Assembly (NCBI GenBank): GCA_964016885.1
Contig: OZ024743.1
Coordinates: forward strand, 147,250,001 to 147,314,000
Length of the DNA stretch: 64,000 nucleotides
Reading direction: 5' to 3'
From: Eledone cirrhosa
Taxonomy: Eukaryota
Shown: piece by piece, positions 39,842 through 54,700 of the stretch
Position numbering within the stretch: the first letter of the stretch is position 1
Layout of the letters: each line of letters begins with the position of its first letter
The notes under the pieces: generated by a model
What the model saw: the letters and a program-made list of their open reading frames with translations, nothing else
Told to the model about the DNA's origin: nothing
Database searches by the model: none
Made by a program: the position numbers and the translations under genes

Positions 39842-39908
39842 TATGGAAAGAGACTTATATATATACTCATACCTATATACATGCAGACATCCCCCACATT
39901 TATATATA

Positions 39909-40058
39909 TGTAGGAGGTGAGTTTTATTGTAGCACAGTAAAGCAATGCAAATATCGAATAAGTAGCACTCAACAGTTTATAGGACTGGAGTATAAATAAT
40001 ATAAAATCAAAAGATGGTTAAGAGCGTACCATGTATTTTATTATGCGCATTTCAAAAA
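39909..40058 (-). mobile_element. Family E tail with HHR 3' half
   Basis: Reverse complement of 57625-57772 (GAAA-tgcgca-TA-ataaaata). Confidence 0.8.
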
Positions 40059-40420
40059 CATATGAACACACACACATACGTAAACGTACACACACGCGCA
40101 TATAATATATATTTATGCATATTTGCATAAATGTATGTGTGCATTATTGGTTTGTCTTCCAATGAACATGCACCGTATCAACTGTGAGTACTACCCGGTT
40201 TCGATCATCCCCGGTTTAAAGACTTTCTGTCCATTCGTAGTTTTCCGTGAACAATAACAAAGGAATAAATAAATATATAAAAAATAGCCACTCTCCAAGG
40301 CAGAAATCCTAAAAAGTAAATAATTCTTTGATGAATACGGCTGATCACTCATACGAACAAAATAACGTGAAATAATGGTCTCTCTCTCTCTCTCTTTCTC
40401 TCTCTCACACACACACACAC

Positions 40421-40756
40421 ATAGGGTTAATCGCCAATAGATTCAAACAGCGTCTTTATATGCATACCCATTCTTTTCTTAACCCTTTAAGAAGGAATAT
40501 GACGTCACTTTCAGCTTATATCTGGAGTCTAAAAGACAACCACAACCAATATAAGTTACACTGGGAGGTCCTAGCTAAGGCTAGATCGTATAACGGAAAT
40601 AAAAGACCATGTGACCTCTGCAGAGCTGAGGCCCTGTAAATACTCTACGCCAAAGACCTCATCTTAAACAAAAAATCTGAGGAAATTTCGGCTTGTAAAC
40701 ATAAATTGCACAAAACTTTCCTATATTACAGCCCCACATTGTACCCTAACGGATAA
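40421..40756 (+). pseudogene. Penelope-like element GIY-YIG endonuclease remnant (5'-truncated at the YIG motif)
   Basis: IGLIANRFKQRLYMHTHSF...TSLSAYIWSLKD...WEVLAKARSY...CDLCRAEAL*I...LNKKSEEISACKH; not in the ORF track. Confidence 0.88.
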
Positions 40757-41200
40757 TACGAACTATACGCGTGTTTTTTTTTGTGTACGAGCTTATATTT
40801 GCATACCCATGGCGAGTGTTTTCGCATATGCTTGTGTACGTACGTATATGGATGCGTGTACGTATATGGATGCGTGTACGTATATGGATGCGTGTTTGTG
40901 CCATGTATATATTTAATTTCAATTACCTCTCTATTTTATTTACTTTATTCTTAACTCTGAAGCCGAGAATCATACGGTTTCCTGAATAGAATTTTAGTCT
41001 ACGACTTCAGTTATACCATTTACGTGGTTCTGTCTTTGCGTGTAATTGTTCTCACCGCTCCACATAATGACGTATTATCTTCGTTTCTTCCGTTCATTTC
41101 CAGAGAACGTTTCCACGAACCAAAATATCGTCTTCCTGTCTTCCTTCGGTTGCAACGTTTTTAGAAACATTTACTTCTGCGTTCACAGATTGACTTTTTT

Positions 41201-41251
41201 AGTTTCAGAAGATCCCGTTAAGGGTGAAAGCAGCGATTCTTTGCTTAAACT
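41201..41251 (+). ncRNA. Hammerhead in the 3' UTR of that element (U4 to A)
   Basis: agttt-CAGAAGA-tccc gtta agggt-GAAA-gca...tg-CTT-aaact, outer stem acagatt/aatctgt; followed by aataaa and (TA)n. Confidence 0.6.
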
Positions 41252-41388
41252 TTAATCTGTTATTTTAATAAATATATATATATATATATATTGTTATGCT
41301 TTGGGAGGGTCATGTTGCCAATAAGAAACACACGCACCAGTGTTTTCACTTAAAGAATCTTGCTAAAAAAATTCAGAAACGAAATATT

Positions 41389-41497
<109 letters not shown>

Positions 41498-41528
41498 TTG
41501 TATATATATATATATATATATGTGTGTG

Positions 41529-41587
<59 letters not shown>

Positions 41588-41647
41588 GTATTTGTATATA
41601 TATATATGTGTATATATATATGTATGAGAGAGAGAGAGAGAGAGAGC

Positions 41648-41748
<101 letters not shown>

Positions 41749-42176
41749 ATATATGTGCGTGTGTGATTCAAAATGTCGTACATGTTATAAAATCTATTAG
41801 TTTTCTATATATAATTGACTTTGTGACTGTTTAAGTTCCACGCCACAGTGACCTTCAAGCGACAAATGTATTTCCCTATTTGCACTGGTTTCATATCATT
41901 TTCTCTACTTCATAAACTATTTCATATTTGACGTCGATAAAGATCTTTTTGATATTCTCTGTAGTGGGGGATGATGTCACTAATTTGTTTTGTTGTTCTG
42001 TTGGTGTTGGCGTTGTTGTGCTTCATTACTCCTGCCACTGCGTATATTTCAACGCACCTTCAGTCAATTAACAGTTTGGAACTATTTCTGATATTTGTAG
42101 CATCCTTTTACCTCACGTATTTCGTTTTATTTACATATTTATAGCAAACAATAATGAAAATATTCTTTAAAATAAA

Positions 42177-42250
42177 TGTTTCTAGTTTTGGGACAAGGCC
42201 AGCAATTATCCCAGTGCATTACTGGTATTTTATTTTATCGACTCCGTAAA
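42177..42250 (-). mobile_element. Partial SINE (3' end)
   Basis: acaaggccagcaattatcccagtgcattactggta. Confidence 0.8.
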
Positions 42251-42914
42251 GATCAAGATTAGAGAAAAAGAGAAAAAAAAGAATAAATGAATTAAGTGAA
42301 AATGGGAAGAAAGTAAGTGATAGGGCAAACCCTACGCCTTTGCCTGGGTGGTATATAAAAGCATGCACTGCAGAAACAATGGCGGACGCACTTTCACAGA
42401 AACAGCTAGCGACACCCAATGCGTTAGATATTCCCCCTCACGGGGCTCCACCTTCATGTTAGATGCTGTCCTTTCGATTTTGCTGAGAAAAACAACAGTA
42501 CGGGGACAAACGACATCGAAGATTTCAATTACTATCGGCACAATATAGAAGCGATCTCTCAAATCCTTGTATTTGTTTCCTTTCAGTTCCTCTGCGTTAT
42601 GGGTGGCAATGCTCGTATTTGTGGCCGAGGTGATGAAGTTGGCACCGGAGAATGTGTCGCAAAATGTGGCTTAGAACTTAAGTGAATTATCCTCCTCGAA
42701 CGGGAAAATTGTAATCCGGTCTGGACGCCTAGCGTCACTACTGCCGAGTTCGACATGAAGTGTGATAAATAATTACGTATTGCATACGATTCAACTATAT
42801 ATATTGTAATCGGCATATGTAGACTATGAAATTGATACAGAAACATATGTTAAAGCCAATAAATTACTACTCTCCTTTCTCGCCGAAGTTTATATATTTT
42901 TCGTACAATACTTG

Positions 42915-42952
<38 letters not shown>

Positions 42953-42954
<2 letters not shown>

Positions 42955-43160
42955 ACGAAGGAAATGTGGTAAGGAATCAGATGGACCATAACGCACGAAA
43001 GTACTCAATACTTAGGGTAGTAGAGTGGGTAATAGGAACGAGTAGGACTCCGACGGCTGAGCTCAAGCCGTTTCGACGGGTAATTCTGGACTACCAGTTA
43101 GTCCAGAATTAGCCGTCGAAACGGCTTGAGCTCAGCCGTCAGGGTCCTACTCGTTCCTAT
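42953..43160. mobile_element. Family B snap-back element: two inverted HHR 3' halves, inside (TA)n
   Basis: 43032-43093 pairs with 43099-43160 around a 5-nt loop. Confidence 0.88.
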
Positions 43161-43686
43161 ATATATATATATATATATATACAAACATAGTAGCCAGTCG
43201 TTGTTAGGCAAGTTTCACGGTAGAAGTCCTTTCATTTAAAAAAAATTCCATTTCAGATTATGACTCCCTCCCCTCCCCGTGTCTCTTCTCCCGATATTTA
43301 CAAGTTGTGGACTGTCCCTGTGAATCGTCAATCGTCCCCACCATAGTTTCTATGGAAATTAATTCAGTGGAACTGTATGTTGAAGAGGTATCAATAGCTT
43401 CTTGTGTAGTTTAGTGGACAACTCTCTGTCGCATAGTGAAAGCAATACCCTCTTCTGACAGCATGGATGGCTGGAATAATACGGTTACGTTGAAGGAATA
43501 CATAGATGATCAATAAAAGCCAGACTACTTAAATCGTCACAGTAACAGTGATTGATAATATTGCTATTTTCTATCTTTATTTGTCTTTAAGAAACCCAAT
43601 GTGCTCCCACACCCTTTCCTTTAGACGCAGATTTCTCTACGACGCACCGCTTCGCTGCCTTTCGGTGACATAAATACATACATACG

Positions 43687-43722
<36 letters not shown>

Positions 43723-43940
43723 CCACCCCCACACTCAAGAGCGTGAAACTAATAAACCTTTGTTCGTACTGCCTCTCTGTTTTGTTCCCGTTCCATTTTT
43801 CACTATATATATATATATATAGATATATTTCGTTGACAAATATATCAATTTGCCCAGACATGTAGATATATTGCCCTTGGTATGACAGTGTGGTTTTAGC
43901 TCAATGTAGGATAACTAGTATACTACAGAGCCATTATAGT

Positions 43941-44529
43941 TATAGGAAAAACCAAAGAGTGCTTAGAAATACATTGTTTTATTAGCTAACAGTGTTTCAT
44001 CCATACACCATTGCAGGAATCATCAGAGCCTATAAACATGAGTATATCAGTAGTTGCATGCTCCATCGAGCTGCGTCACCAGAACGAGGTTAAATGACCA
44101 GCAGGGGTGGGGGGGTCCCGAGGTCAGCGCTATATGGAAAAAGACAGAATACATTGATGCACACAATGTCATAAAATGTCTTAAAAATGTAAAACTTAAA
44201 AATTACACCAAAAATGTATCACTTAAATGGTGCAATAAATGATGAAGAGGTTGGAAAAGGGTAGCAAGGGATGAAACAAATTAATTTTTAAATTTTTAAG
44301 ACATTTTATGACATTATGTGCATCATGTATTCTGTCTTTTTCCATATAGCGCTGGCCTCGGGACCCCCTTCTGGTCATTTAACCTTGTTCTGGTGACGCA
44401 GCTCGATGGAACATGCAACTACTGATATACTCTTGTTTATAGGGTCTGAAGATTCCTGCCATGGTGTATGGATGAAAGAATGTTAGCTAATAAAACATTG
44501 TATTTCTAAGCACTCTTTGGTTATTCCTA

Positions 44530-44531
<2 letters not shown>
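43941..44531. mobile_element. Fold-back element: ~250-bp inverted arms (43941-44194, 44286-44531), HHR in each arm (family D)
   Basis: Arms are diverged reverse complements; right end runs into (TA)n. Confidence 0.9.
43983..44032 (-). ncRNA. Minimal type I hammerhead (family D); degenerate partner at 44440-44489 (+)
   Basis: Minus strand: ggct-CTGATGA-ttcctgca atgg tgtatggat-GAAAC-act-GTT-agct. Confidence 0.7.
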
Positions 44532-45513
<982 letters not shown>

Positions 45514-46210
45514 GACAATTCTATAAGCAAACAGTAAGGCGTTCCGATATTTATTCAAAGCTCGATTGTAGTTTATTTCATATCCAGAATAGCGTAAGGT
45601 ATTTCAGAGGGTAGATTTAAATCAAAGAGCATACATTAACAAAGAAATAGGTCACTAAGTGAAACAGTTAATACATTATTTATTTGATTTACATGTGTTT
45701 TATTCCCTACGGAGATTATTTACAATACCCTTATGAAGAAATTGTCAGGATCAATTATATATATGACACATTAAAAAGTGTTTAATTACCGATCAATGTA
45801 TGTCCGAATCCGCATGTTTCAGCCGCAAACTGTAAACATATCTTTTTCTAATATTATGGAAGGTTAGAATTGCCAGAATTATTTAGTTCTAGTTTTAATA
45901 ATCGTAGTTCTATCTTGTATTACCAACAGTGGTATTATTATCTACGTCTGTCATTAGTGAAAATATAGTAGTATTTACTGAAGTTATAATCAAATCTAAC
46001 ATCGGTATATAGTTTTCTGAGTGTTAATGTTATGAAGTCTATGGACAAATAATGCCAAAAATATCTAGGGTTTATCAGCGTTTATTTTATTAGGTTACCT
46101 ATATGTACCTGTTTGTTTTACTAACTACATGTAGCCAAACCATATATGTACAGACGCCGCACTTCCACACACGCATATATATATATATATATATATAAAT
46201 ATACGCCCCC

Positions 46211-46342
<132 letters not shown>

Positions 46343-46722
46343 CTTCATGTCCATAAGTTCGTACATATATTTATCCATACGTAAGCATACTCGTATATAT
46401 ACAATACCCATACGCATACACACATATACAAATAAACATACATTCCTACCCGTACGTACATATATTTACATCCACACATAAATGTAGATTAATATCCATA
46501 AATACATGCAAACACTTACATACAATCCTACATATAAACACAAATGCATATATACATACACACACATATATATATAGATTTATATATGCAGAGGTTATAT
46601 TTAATTTGTTGGGATTCAACAAGCTTAAATTTTTTTATAACTGATATAAACCACTCAACAGGTTACTGGAGTAAATACACAATATATTAATAAATGGAAA
46701 TTATATTTATAAAAACCGTATT

Positions 46723-46787
46723 TATTTTATTTATATATTTCAAGGGCAACCAAGGACAATTATGGTGCGCTTTCATCAGATGAAATA
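46723..46787 (-). ncRNA. Hammerhead at the distal 3' UTR of the 48323-48748 PLE fragment
   Basis: Minus strand: tatttcat-CTGATGA-aagcgcacca...tggttgccctt-GAAA-tatata-aataaaata; stem I register imperfect. Confidence 0.6.
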
Positions 46788-48322
46788 TAGATTAATTTTA
46801 TAAATAAATATTGACATACCCGGAAAAAAACAACCTTAACGGTTGAGCTTCCTGGATAGTGGAGATAATATTTTATTGAGGGTAATACAAAGTTATGAGT
46901 GAGTATGCAAATGAGTGTCCGAAAAGTTGAAAAGATAACGGTTTATTTAAATTAAACTGTTGGAAGAAGAGGATATGTAAGGGAGAGAGAAAAGAAAAAA
47001 GAAAAGGAAGGAGAAAGAGAGAAGAGGAAATAAAGAACGATTATACATAGTGATAGTGAAGATAGTCAAGACTGAACGAAGAAATAAATATTAATGGAAG
47101 AATATAGAGCGTAAATATATCTAAGTGAAGGAAGAAGTGAAAGAAGAAATAAGATTAACGTGGAAGAATAATATTTAGAATGTATAGTTCATTACGTTGT
47201 GATTATAATATTTATAGTGATAAGTTGGAAAAATTAAAATTAAAAATTAAAAATCAAAATTAAAGATTAAAATTTACTTTAATATAAAAAAATTTATTTA
47301 ATATTAATATTAAAAATTAAAAATTAAAATTAAAACAAAAGTATTTATATTATATTAGGATGTATTAGTAATAATATATTCGTTTAGATGTGTATGTTAT
47401 GGATTATATATTATTTAAATAAATATATATATAGCATTTTACATTAGAGAAAATCTATTATAGTAAGTTTGGCAAAATTATATTTATTAATAGTTGTAAG
47501 TCAAAACTTAAACATCCAAATAATTCCAAATTTATGAAAATTTACGAGAGTTTACAAAGGAATAACTACTTAATTATATTATAAAAACAGTAAGGAAGTA
47601 TAAAGGAAGTTAGAAGTGATTTTTAAAAACTCAAATGATTCCAAGGATACATAAAAAAACTCTTCAAAAAGCCTCTTTCAAAAAAAGATTTTTCTTTGAA
47701 TTTTTTCAAAAATTTTTTATGAGAAGTCATAAATGTTATAAAGTTAAACAATTTAATCTTAAGAATATAATTAAAACATAAACCATATGTTATGTTATAA
47801 GAAGTCATAAATTTATCTTAAGAATATAATTAAAACATAAACCATAGGTTATTATAAGAAGTCATAATTGTTATAAAGTTAAAAAATTTATCGTAAGAAT
47901 ATAATTAAAACATAAACCATAGGTTATTCCACATATATATAAAAATCATATGTTATTCCACATATATATAAATATTTGGATATATATTTAAAACGTTTGA
48001 AGATATAAAATATTTGAAGATATAAAATATTGGAAGATATAAAATATTGGAAGATATGAAAATAATGGTTTTTTCATATCTTTTAAAGGAACTTTCAAAG
48101 AATTTTCTAAAACCTTCATAAAGTCTTTCAAGGAAAATTTTTCTCAAAAGAATTTCAAGTAGTCATATAAAAAGGTTATAATCAATTGATAAGTGTAATA
48201 ATATAAAGTGTATTTATGAAGTAGAGATAATAGAAAGTAAATTAAATATATATGAATCATATATAGATATAATCTGAAGGATGAGGTTGTAGGTGGTTGG
48301 ATATAGAAAACATTATAAAATA

Positions 48323-48744
48323 TTATATTTTACATTTTATATATCTAAAAGTTGAGTTTAAACGATGCTTACAAGAACTAAATAAATTATTACGCAAATT
48401 AATAGAGTTCTTACTTTTTAGTATAAAGAATATTTCTTCAACGCAAAGGGAGCAATTTTTGGATAGAGCTGTGTATGAAGGAGCTTTGGAGATAATTTCC
48501 CAAGATAAAGAATAGTTAATATTCTTGGATTTTAAGTTCCATAATAAGGTGGATAAAGGAGTTGAAGATTTTTTACCAATATTCGTAAAGGAACATTTAT
48601 GGTTATTGACACGAGATTTGAAGTCTGTGGAAGCAGAGCCGACATAGTTAAAGGAATTTTCATTGGTTTTGACATTACAATTGTATACTACATTTTAAAC
48701 TAAAGAGTTATTATTTAGAGGACAGTTAGATTTATTTCTACAAT

Positions 48745-48748
<4 letters not shown>
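48323..48748 (-). pseudogene. Penelope-like element GIY-YIG endonuclease remnant
   Basis: [11 protein letters not shown]...*NVVY...YVGSASTDFKSRVNNHKCSF...STPLSTLLWNLK...WEIISKAPSY...CSLCVEEIFFI...NLRNNLFSSCKHR; one in-frame stop; begins at (TA)n. Confidence 0.92.
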
Positions 48749-48812
<64 letters not shown>

Positions 48813-48919
48813 CACATACCTATATACACATACCTATATACACATACCTATATACACATAGACATACACACACATATATATATATTTATATATACACATA
48901 CCTATATACACATAGACAT

Positions 48920-48956
<37 letters not shown>

Positions 48957-49360
48957 CCTATATACATGCACATGTACACAACACACATATACAGGTATAT
49001 ATCGACATACATTTATGTATACAAATATATATATGCTCGCATACATGCATCTACAGGTGTACAGCCCAACCATATTATCCACGTGTATCCATTCCTTAAA
49101 CTTAATCTATCACATTTTGTATATATATTTTTAAACATTTTCAACGTCAAAATACATGCATATAGCTACACATACCACACCCACCTACATATATAGGCAT
49201 ACATATACATACACCTACACATACAGACATATCTATATCTATACCCATATATATATATATATGTCCTTGTTATCTTTTCAATATAATACACTCTGTATAG
49301 CTCTACACATTTCCAGGGAGTGTAACGCGAAGTTTACAGATCGAACCTTGAGCTGATCAA

Positions 49361-49390
49361 TAGCGAAACGCGCGTCACCAACCAATAAAC
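49361..49390 (+). other. Hammerhead 3' half only
   Basis: cGAAAC-gcgc-GTC with palindromic stem III, then aataaa; no matching stem I 5' strand found. Confidence 0.35.
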
Positions 49391-49459
49391 GTAATGAAGG
49401 AGTAACCATTCGTCCTTGCATTATTATTTTATTATATATATATATACACGTGCGCGCGC

Positions 49460-49512
<53 letters not shown>

Positions 49513-49610
49513 TGTGTGTGTGAATGTGTGTGTGTAAATGTGTGTGAGTGTGTGTGAATGTGTGTGTGTAAATGTGTGTGTGAGTGTGTGTGTGTTTGTG
49601 AATGTGTTTT

Positions 49611-49651
<41 letters not shown>

Positions 49652-52065
49652 TGTGTGTGTGTGTGTGTGAGTGTGTGTGTGTGTGAGTGTGTGTGTGTGT
49701 GTGAGTGTCTGTGAGTGTGTGTGTGTGTGTGTGAGTGTGTGTGTGTGTGAATGTGTGTGTGTGAATGTGTTCAGGAACAACTGATAGCTCCGAATGGGTT
49801 CTTACATGTGTTACAAATATTATTAAAACCTTTAATCTAGTTAAAATCTTGAGATGATCACTTTTATTTAGAAGACATAATGTATGAACTTAGCAGTTAC
49901 CCACATAATGTTAACTTTTTGAGAGGTTTCATATCATTCTAAATTATATTATGAACTCAACTGAAAATAGGTCAAAGACGAAATGTCCCTGTAGTTATGA
50001 TATTGGATTATTAACTCATGAGATTAAATCTATTAGAGAAATGTTTGTGCACCTATTTTTATCGAAAATAGACAGTATATAATAAGGGAGTGTTACTTGA
50101 AATTGAACAACGACCTATTCAGGGCGTTGATATTTATTTCGTATTATACGTAACAAGAAATCAGAGCTAAGCCATTGCTCTTGAAAAACTGGTATTGAAT
50201 GCAACAATTTTATAGACGATTATTATGAATGTTTATGAGTGTGAAGCATCTACATGACATTCATAGCGTTAACAGCGTTTGAACATCGATATGTTTGATC
50301 AGGGCTCCCTTGAAACTAAAAAAATGTGGACAATTGTAACGAATTCCATCACTAGTTGTTAGAGAATCTTCAGGGCGTATCCAATACGGCACGAGAGGGG
50401 AGCCAAACATTTGGCTGTGAGAGGACATTTCTATTTGCAACAGAAAATGCATTGGTTGGAAATATTTCTGAAATATATACTCTAAAAACAGACAAGCCAT
50501 ATCAATCAAGATTTCATTAAATATAATCATGGCAATCGATGTTACTTTTGTAATATTCAGTATGTGACCCGAAAAGCTTCTTTTTTAAACTTTTTATTTA
50601 ATTTGAATAAATAAATCGATATACAATTCAAAAACATAGAATACGTAGCTATTTTCCTTGCTGAGTATTTTTTAACTAAAAGGAATATGTAAATATTTTT
50701 GTATATTTTTATAAATATGTTTCCTTATATATTGGAACTCTCTTACTTTTTCTTGTAGGTGATGATAGTGAAATCCCAGAGCAGCTTCAAAAGTAGTTTA
50801 GACATTTTCACGGAGATGGCGTTGTTTTTTCAAAACAGTATCTGAATCTGGGACTCTGTGAATATTATGATTGAACACAATATTTGTAATGCGAAAAAAA
50901 TGAATAAAACTTGGTTAACCAACATTTTGTTAACTAAAATGTACAAAAAAGGTTTTGTAGAGTTTAGTTGACATACTAATATATATACGTAAAATACTTT
51001 GAAAGCCAAAGGCGAATTGACTGGATGTTTTCTCAACTAACAGAAACATACAAGCCTCTTTTCATTGGCTTCAAATTAATGTCTTTTTTTTTTTTAATCG
51101 GACATAGCTTATAGTGTTAATATTATCGATGACATAACGATGAATAAATGTACAAAAATCTATTTTCTGTCTATTGATAAATATTTGTAGCAAAAACACT
51201 GATGCACACAAGTCGTAAGATAACATGATGGAAACGGAAAGTCGAAGAAATTAGATTTGAAAATTAATACTTGAGTAAGATAGTCAAAGAAATGTCCATG
51301 TACATTCAATTATTTTAAATTTGTTGGCAGCAATTATATCCGACACTATGTGTGTGTAACTTTGAATAGGCGTATCTATATGTACATGCGAATGCATGTA
51401 TGCATTCGATAGTTTCATACTCCATCTTGTTTTTCTCCACTTTTCAAACGAAGTTTGTAAAAATTATAACTTCTTTCCAAGTCAGAACATACCGTAGTGA
51501 TGTATATATTTCTGTATGTGAACTTTATTTAAATAATACATACACTTAAAGGTATGAAATCAATTTAGTATGTAACATATTTCTTCTTTATATAGTCTGT
51601 CTAGAGTCAGTTACAACTAACGGAACACACACATGAAACCACTTCGATGAATAATACTTTACAACTTAGCAGTTCGATTTGATGAATGGCAATTCTGTCA
51701 TAGTTCTTCTATATACTGGGCTATATGTTTCTCCTATATACTGGGTCATATGTTTACAACAAAATTGACAAAGATTGTTGAGAGATAACTATCATGATTA
51801 TAGGTACGATAATATGTCGCTGATGGGATGTGGTGTCCTGGCCTTTCAGCTGATAACCTAACACCCAATGAAATCATCTGCCATACAGATGCACAAAACG
51901 TATACTTTGATATGGGGGAAGTTTAGCTACTAATTCAACCAGGTCGAGTCAACTACGTGTATATGCATGACTACCTTGTCTCATTCATAGTATGTAAACG
52001 TGCGAATATATGTGGGTTATACGCGTGAAATAACATGTGAAATAACCTGACTGTATGTGCAGCCT

Positions 52066-52207
52066 GAAGTCGTTAGAATGTCGAATAGAATGCTTTATGG
52101 CATTCGTTCCCCTTCTCTGTTCTCAGAGTTCAAATCCCCCGAGGTCAACTTTGCTTTCATCCTTTCGAGGCCGATGAAACAAGTACTGAACTAGTACTGG
52201 GATCGAT
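52066..52207 (+). mobile_element. Degenerate SINE
   Basis: gagttcaaatcccccgaggtcaactttgctttcatcctttcgaggccgat. Confidence 0.7.
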
Positions 52208-53036
52208 TCTCCTTCTATATCACTTTCTCATTTCCTCTCTGTCACTTTCTATCATTCTCTGGAAGAAATCTGCTATACCCAGACCTGGAGAGGGATGGGC
52301 TTCGCCCGGCTTAAAATACCCAAGAAACGCCGTATGTCGATACGATGCCTCTACCACTCTATCAGGAGTTATGGGACTATACCATACCATACCATACCAA
52401 GTGCAGCCTGCACTGATCAAGTAGAACTGCGACGAGAGAGTTCCAGTCGTACCTATTCCATCTTTTTCTATATCAGAAACTATGCTCTTCATTGTAACCC
52501 TAATATTTAAGGTGGCAGACTGTAATTGTGAGAGACACTTTGCTACTATTTCCATCATGTCGATTGAATGTGCAAAGGCTACTGTCTGTGGTACGTATGG
52601 GCATTTTTCTGACAAGAGAGAATAGGTGTCTGTTTAGGGAAATCTATAATATTTAGAAATTCTATGTTATTGATTAATCTTGATCGAAGAGACGTATATA
52701 TATATATAATCTAAAAGGTTCAAGCCTTGGCCATGTTGTTTTGTGCAGAACTATCTAGAATTATACTGTCAAATACACGTCCTTTTTTAAAAACGTCAGT
52801 GTGTAATTTTAGGGTCGTTTGGCTGTTATTTTTAGTAGGTTGAGTAACATCAGGGAAGTTCAAGTAAGCCGGCTGTGCGTGAATGTAATTTGATGTATGT
52901 GAGAAGGAATAAGTAAATTATGAGTATGACTATGTACACGAATGTTTGTGGTGATGTTTTCATCGTGTGTTCCTCATGTGTGTGATAAGATGCGGGTCAT
53001 AGCGTATGTAGAAGTGTTAAGTCTGTGTATGTGTGT

Positions 53037-53127
<91 letters not shown>

Positions 53128-53218
53128 CGCGCGCCCGTGTGTGAATGAGTACGTATGTGGGTTAAGGTGTGAATGTTGGCGTGTTTTCACAGTTATATTT
53201 GTGTCGCATGAGATCGTT

Positions 53219-53284
<66 letters not shown>

Positions 53285-53308
53285 TATATATATATACTTA
53301 TATATATG

Positions 53309-53485
<177 letters not shown>

Positions 53486-53577
53486 ATATATATGTATGTG
53501 TAAACTACGTTTAACGTGGAGGTGTGAAGGTGTGCGAATGTGAACCCTACAGTCAAAGAGAAATAAGCTTTGATTAA

Positions 53578-53578
<1 letters not shown>

Positions 53579-53608
<30 letters not shown>

Positions 53609-53700
53609 CTTCTTCTTCTTCTTCTCCTCCTGCTCCTCCTCCTCCCCCTCCTCCTCATCCTTCTTCTTCTTCTTCTTCTTCTTCTTCTATAACAACAATA

Positions 53701-53762
<62 letters not shown>

Positions 53763-53935
53763 GTAATATTATAGCTGTTAGCTATAGTCTGGGACCCTAA
53801 ACATCTGATGTTGTTAATGAAATTGACGGTGGTAGAAAGATGATAGATAGTGGTGAGGATTTTAATGATAATGGCGATGATGGTGGTGGTCATAGCTGTA
53901 ATAATGGTGATGGCTATAATGACGACGACGACGAC

Positions 53936-53978
<43 letters not shown>

Positions 53979-54540
53979 GCGACGATGATGATGATGGCGA
54001 CGCTGACGACGGTCATAGGCGTAGTAATGAAGGTGAAGTTGATGATGGTGGTGATAATGATGGTGGTGATGATGGTGGTGATGATGGTGGTGATGGTGGT
54101 GGTGATGATGATGGTGATGATGATGGTGGTGGTGGTGATGGTGGTGATGATGATGGTGATGGTGGTGATGATGATGGTGGTGATGGCGATGATGATGGTG
54201 GTGGTGATGGTGGTGGTGGTGATGATGGTGGTGATGATGATGGTGGTGATGATGGTGGTGATGATGGTGGTGATGGTGGTGGTGATGATGATGGTGATGA
54301 TGATGGTGGTGGTGGTGATGGTGGTGATGATGATGGTGATGGTGGTGATGATGATGGTGGTGATGGCGATGATGATGGTGGTGGTGATGGTGGTGGTGGT
54401 GGTGATGGTGGTGATGATGATGGTGATGATGATGGTGGTGATGGTGATGGTGATAATGATGATAATGAGGAAGCTGAAGAAGGCGGTTATGGAAGTAGTA
54501 ATGATGGTAAAGATGATGATGGTGATAATAATGATGGTGG

Positions 54541-54583
<43 letters not shown>

Positions 54584-54700
54584 CATCATCATGGTGGTGA
54601 TGGTGATGATGACGATGACGAGGTTGATGAAGAAGATGTTTATAGAAGTAGTAATGATGGTAAAGATGATGATGCTGATGATGATGGTGATGATGATGGC
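53579..54700. repeat. (CTT)n, (ACT)n and (GAT/GGT)n triplet repeats with a 180-bp tandem duplication (54061-54240 / 54241-54420)
   Basis: Lines at 54061 and 54241, and at 54121 and 54301, are identical. Confidence 0.92.
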
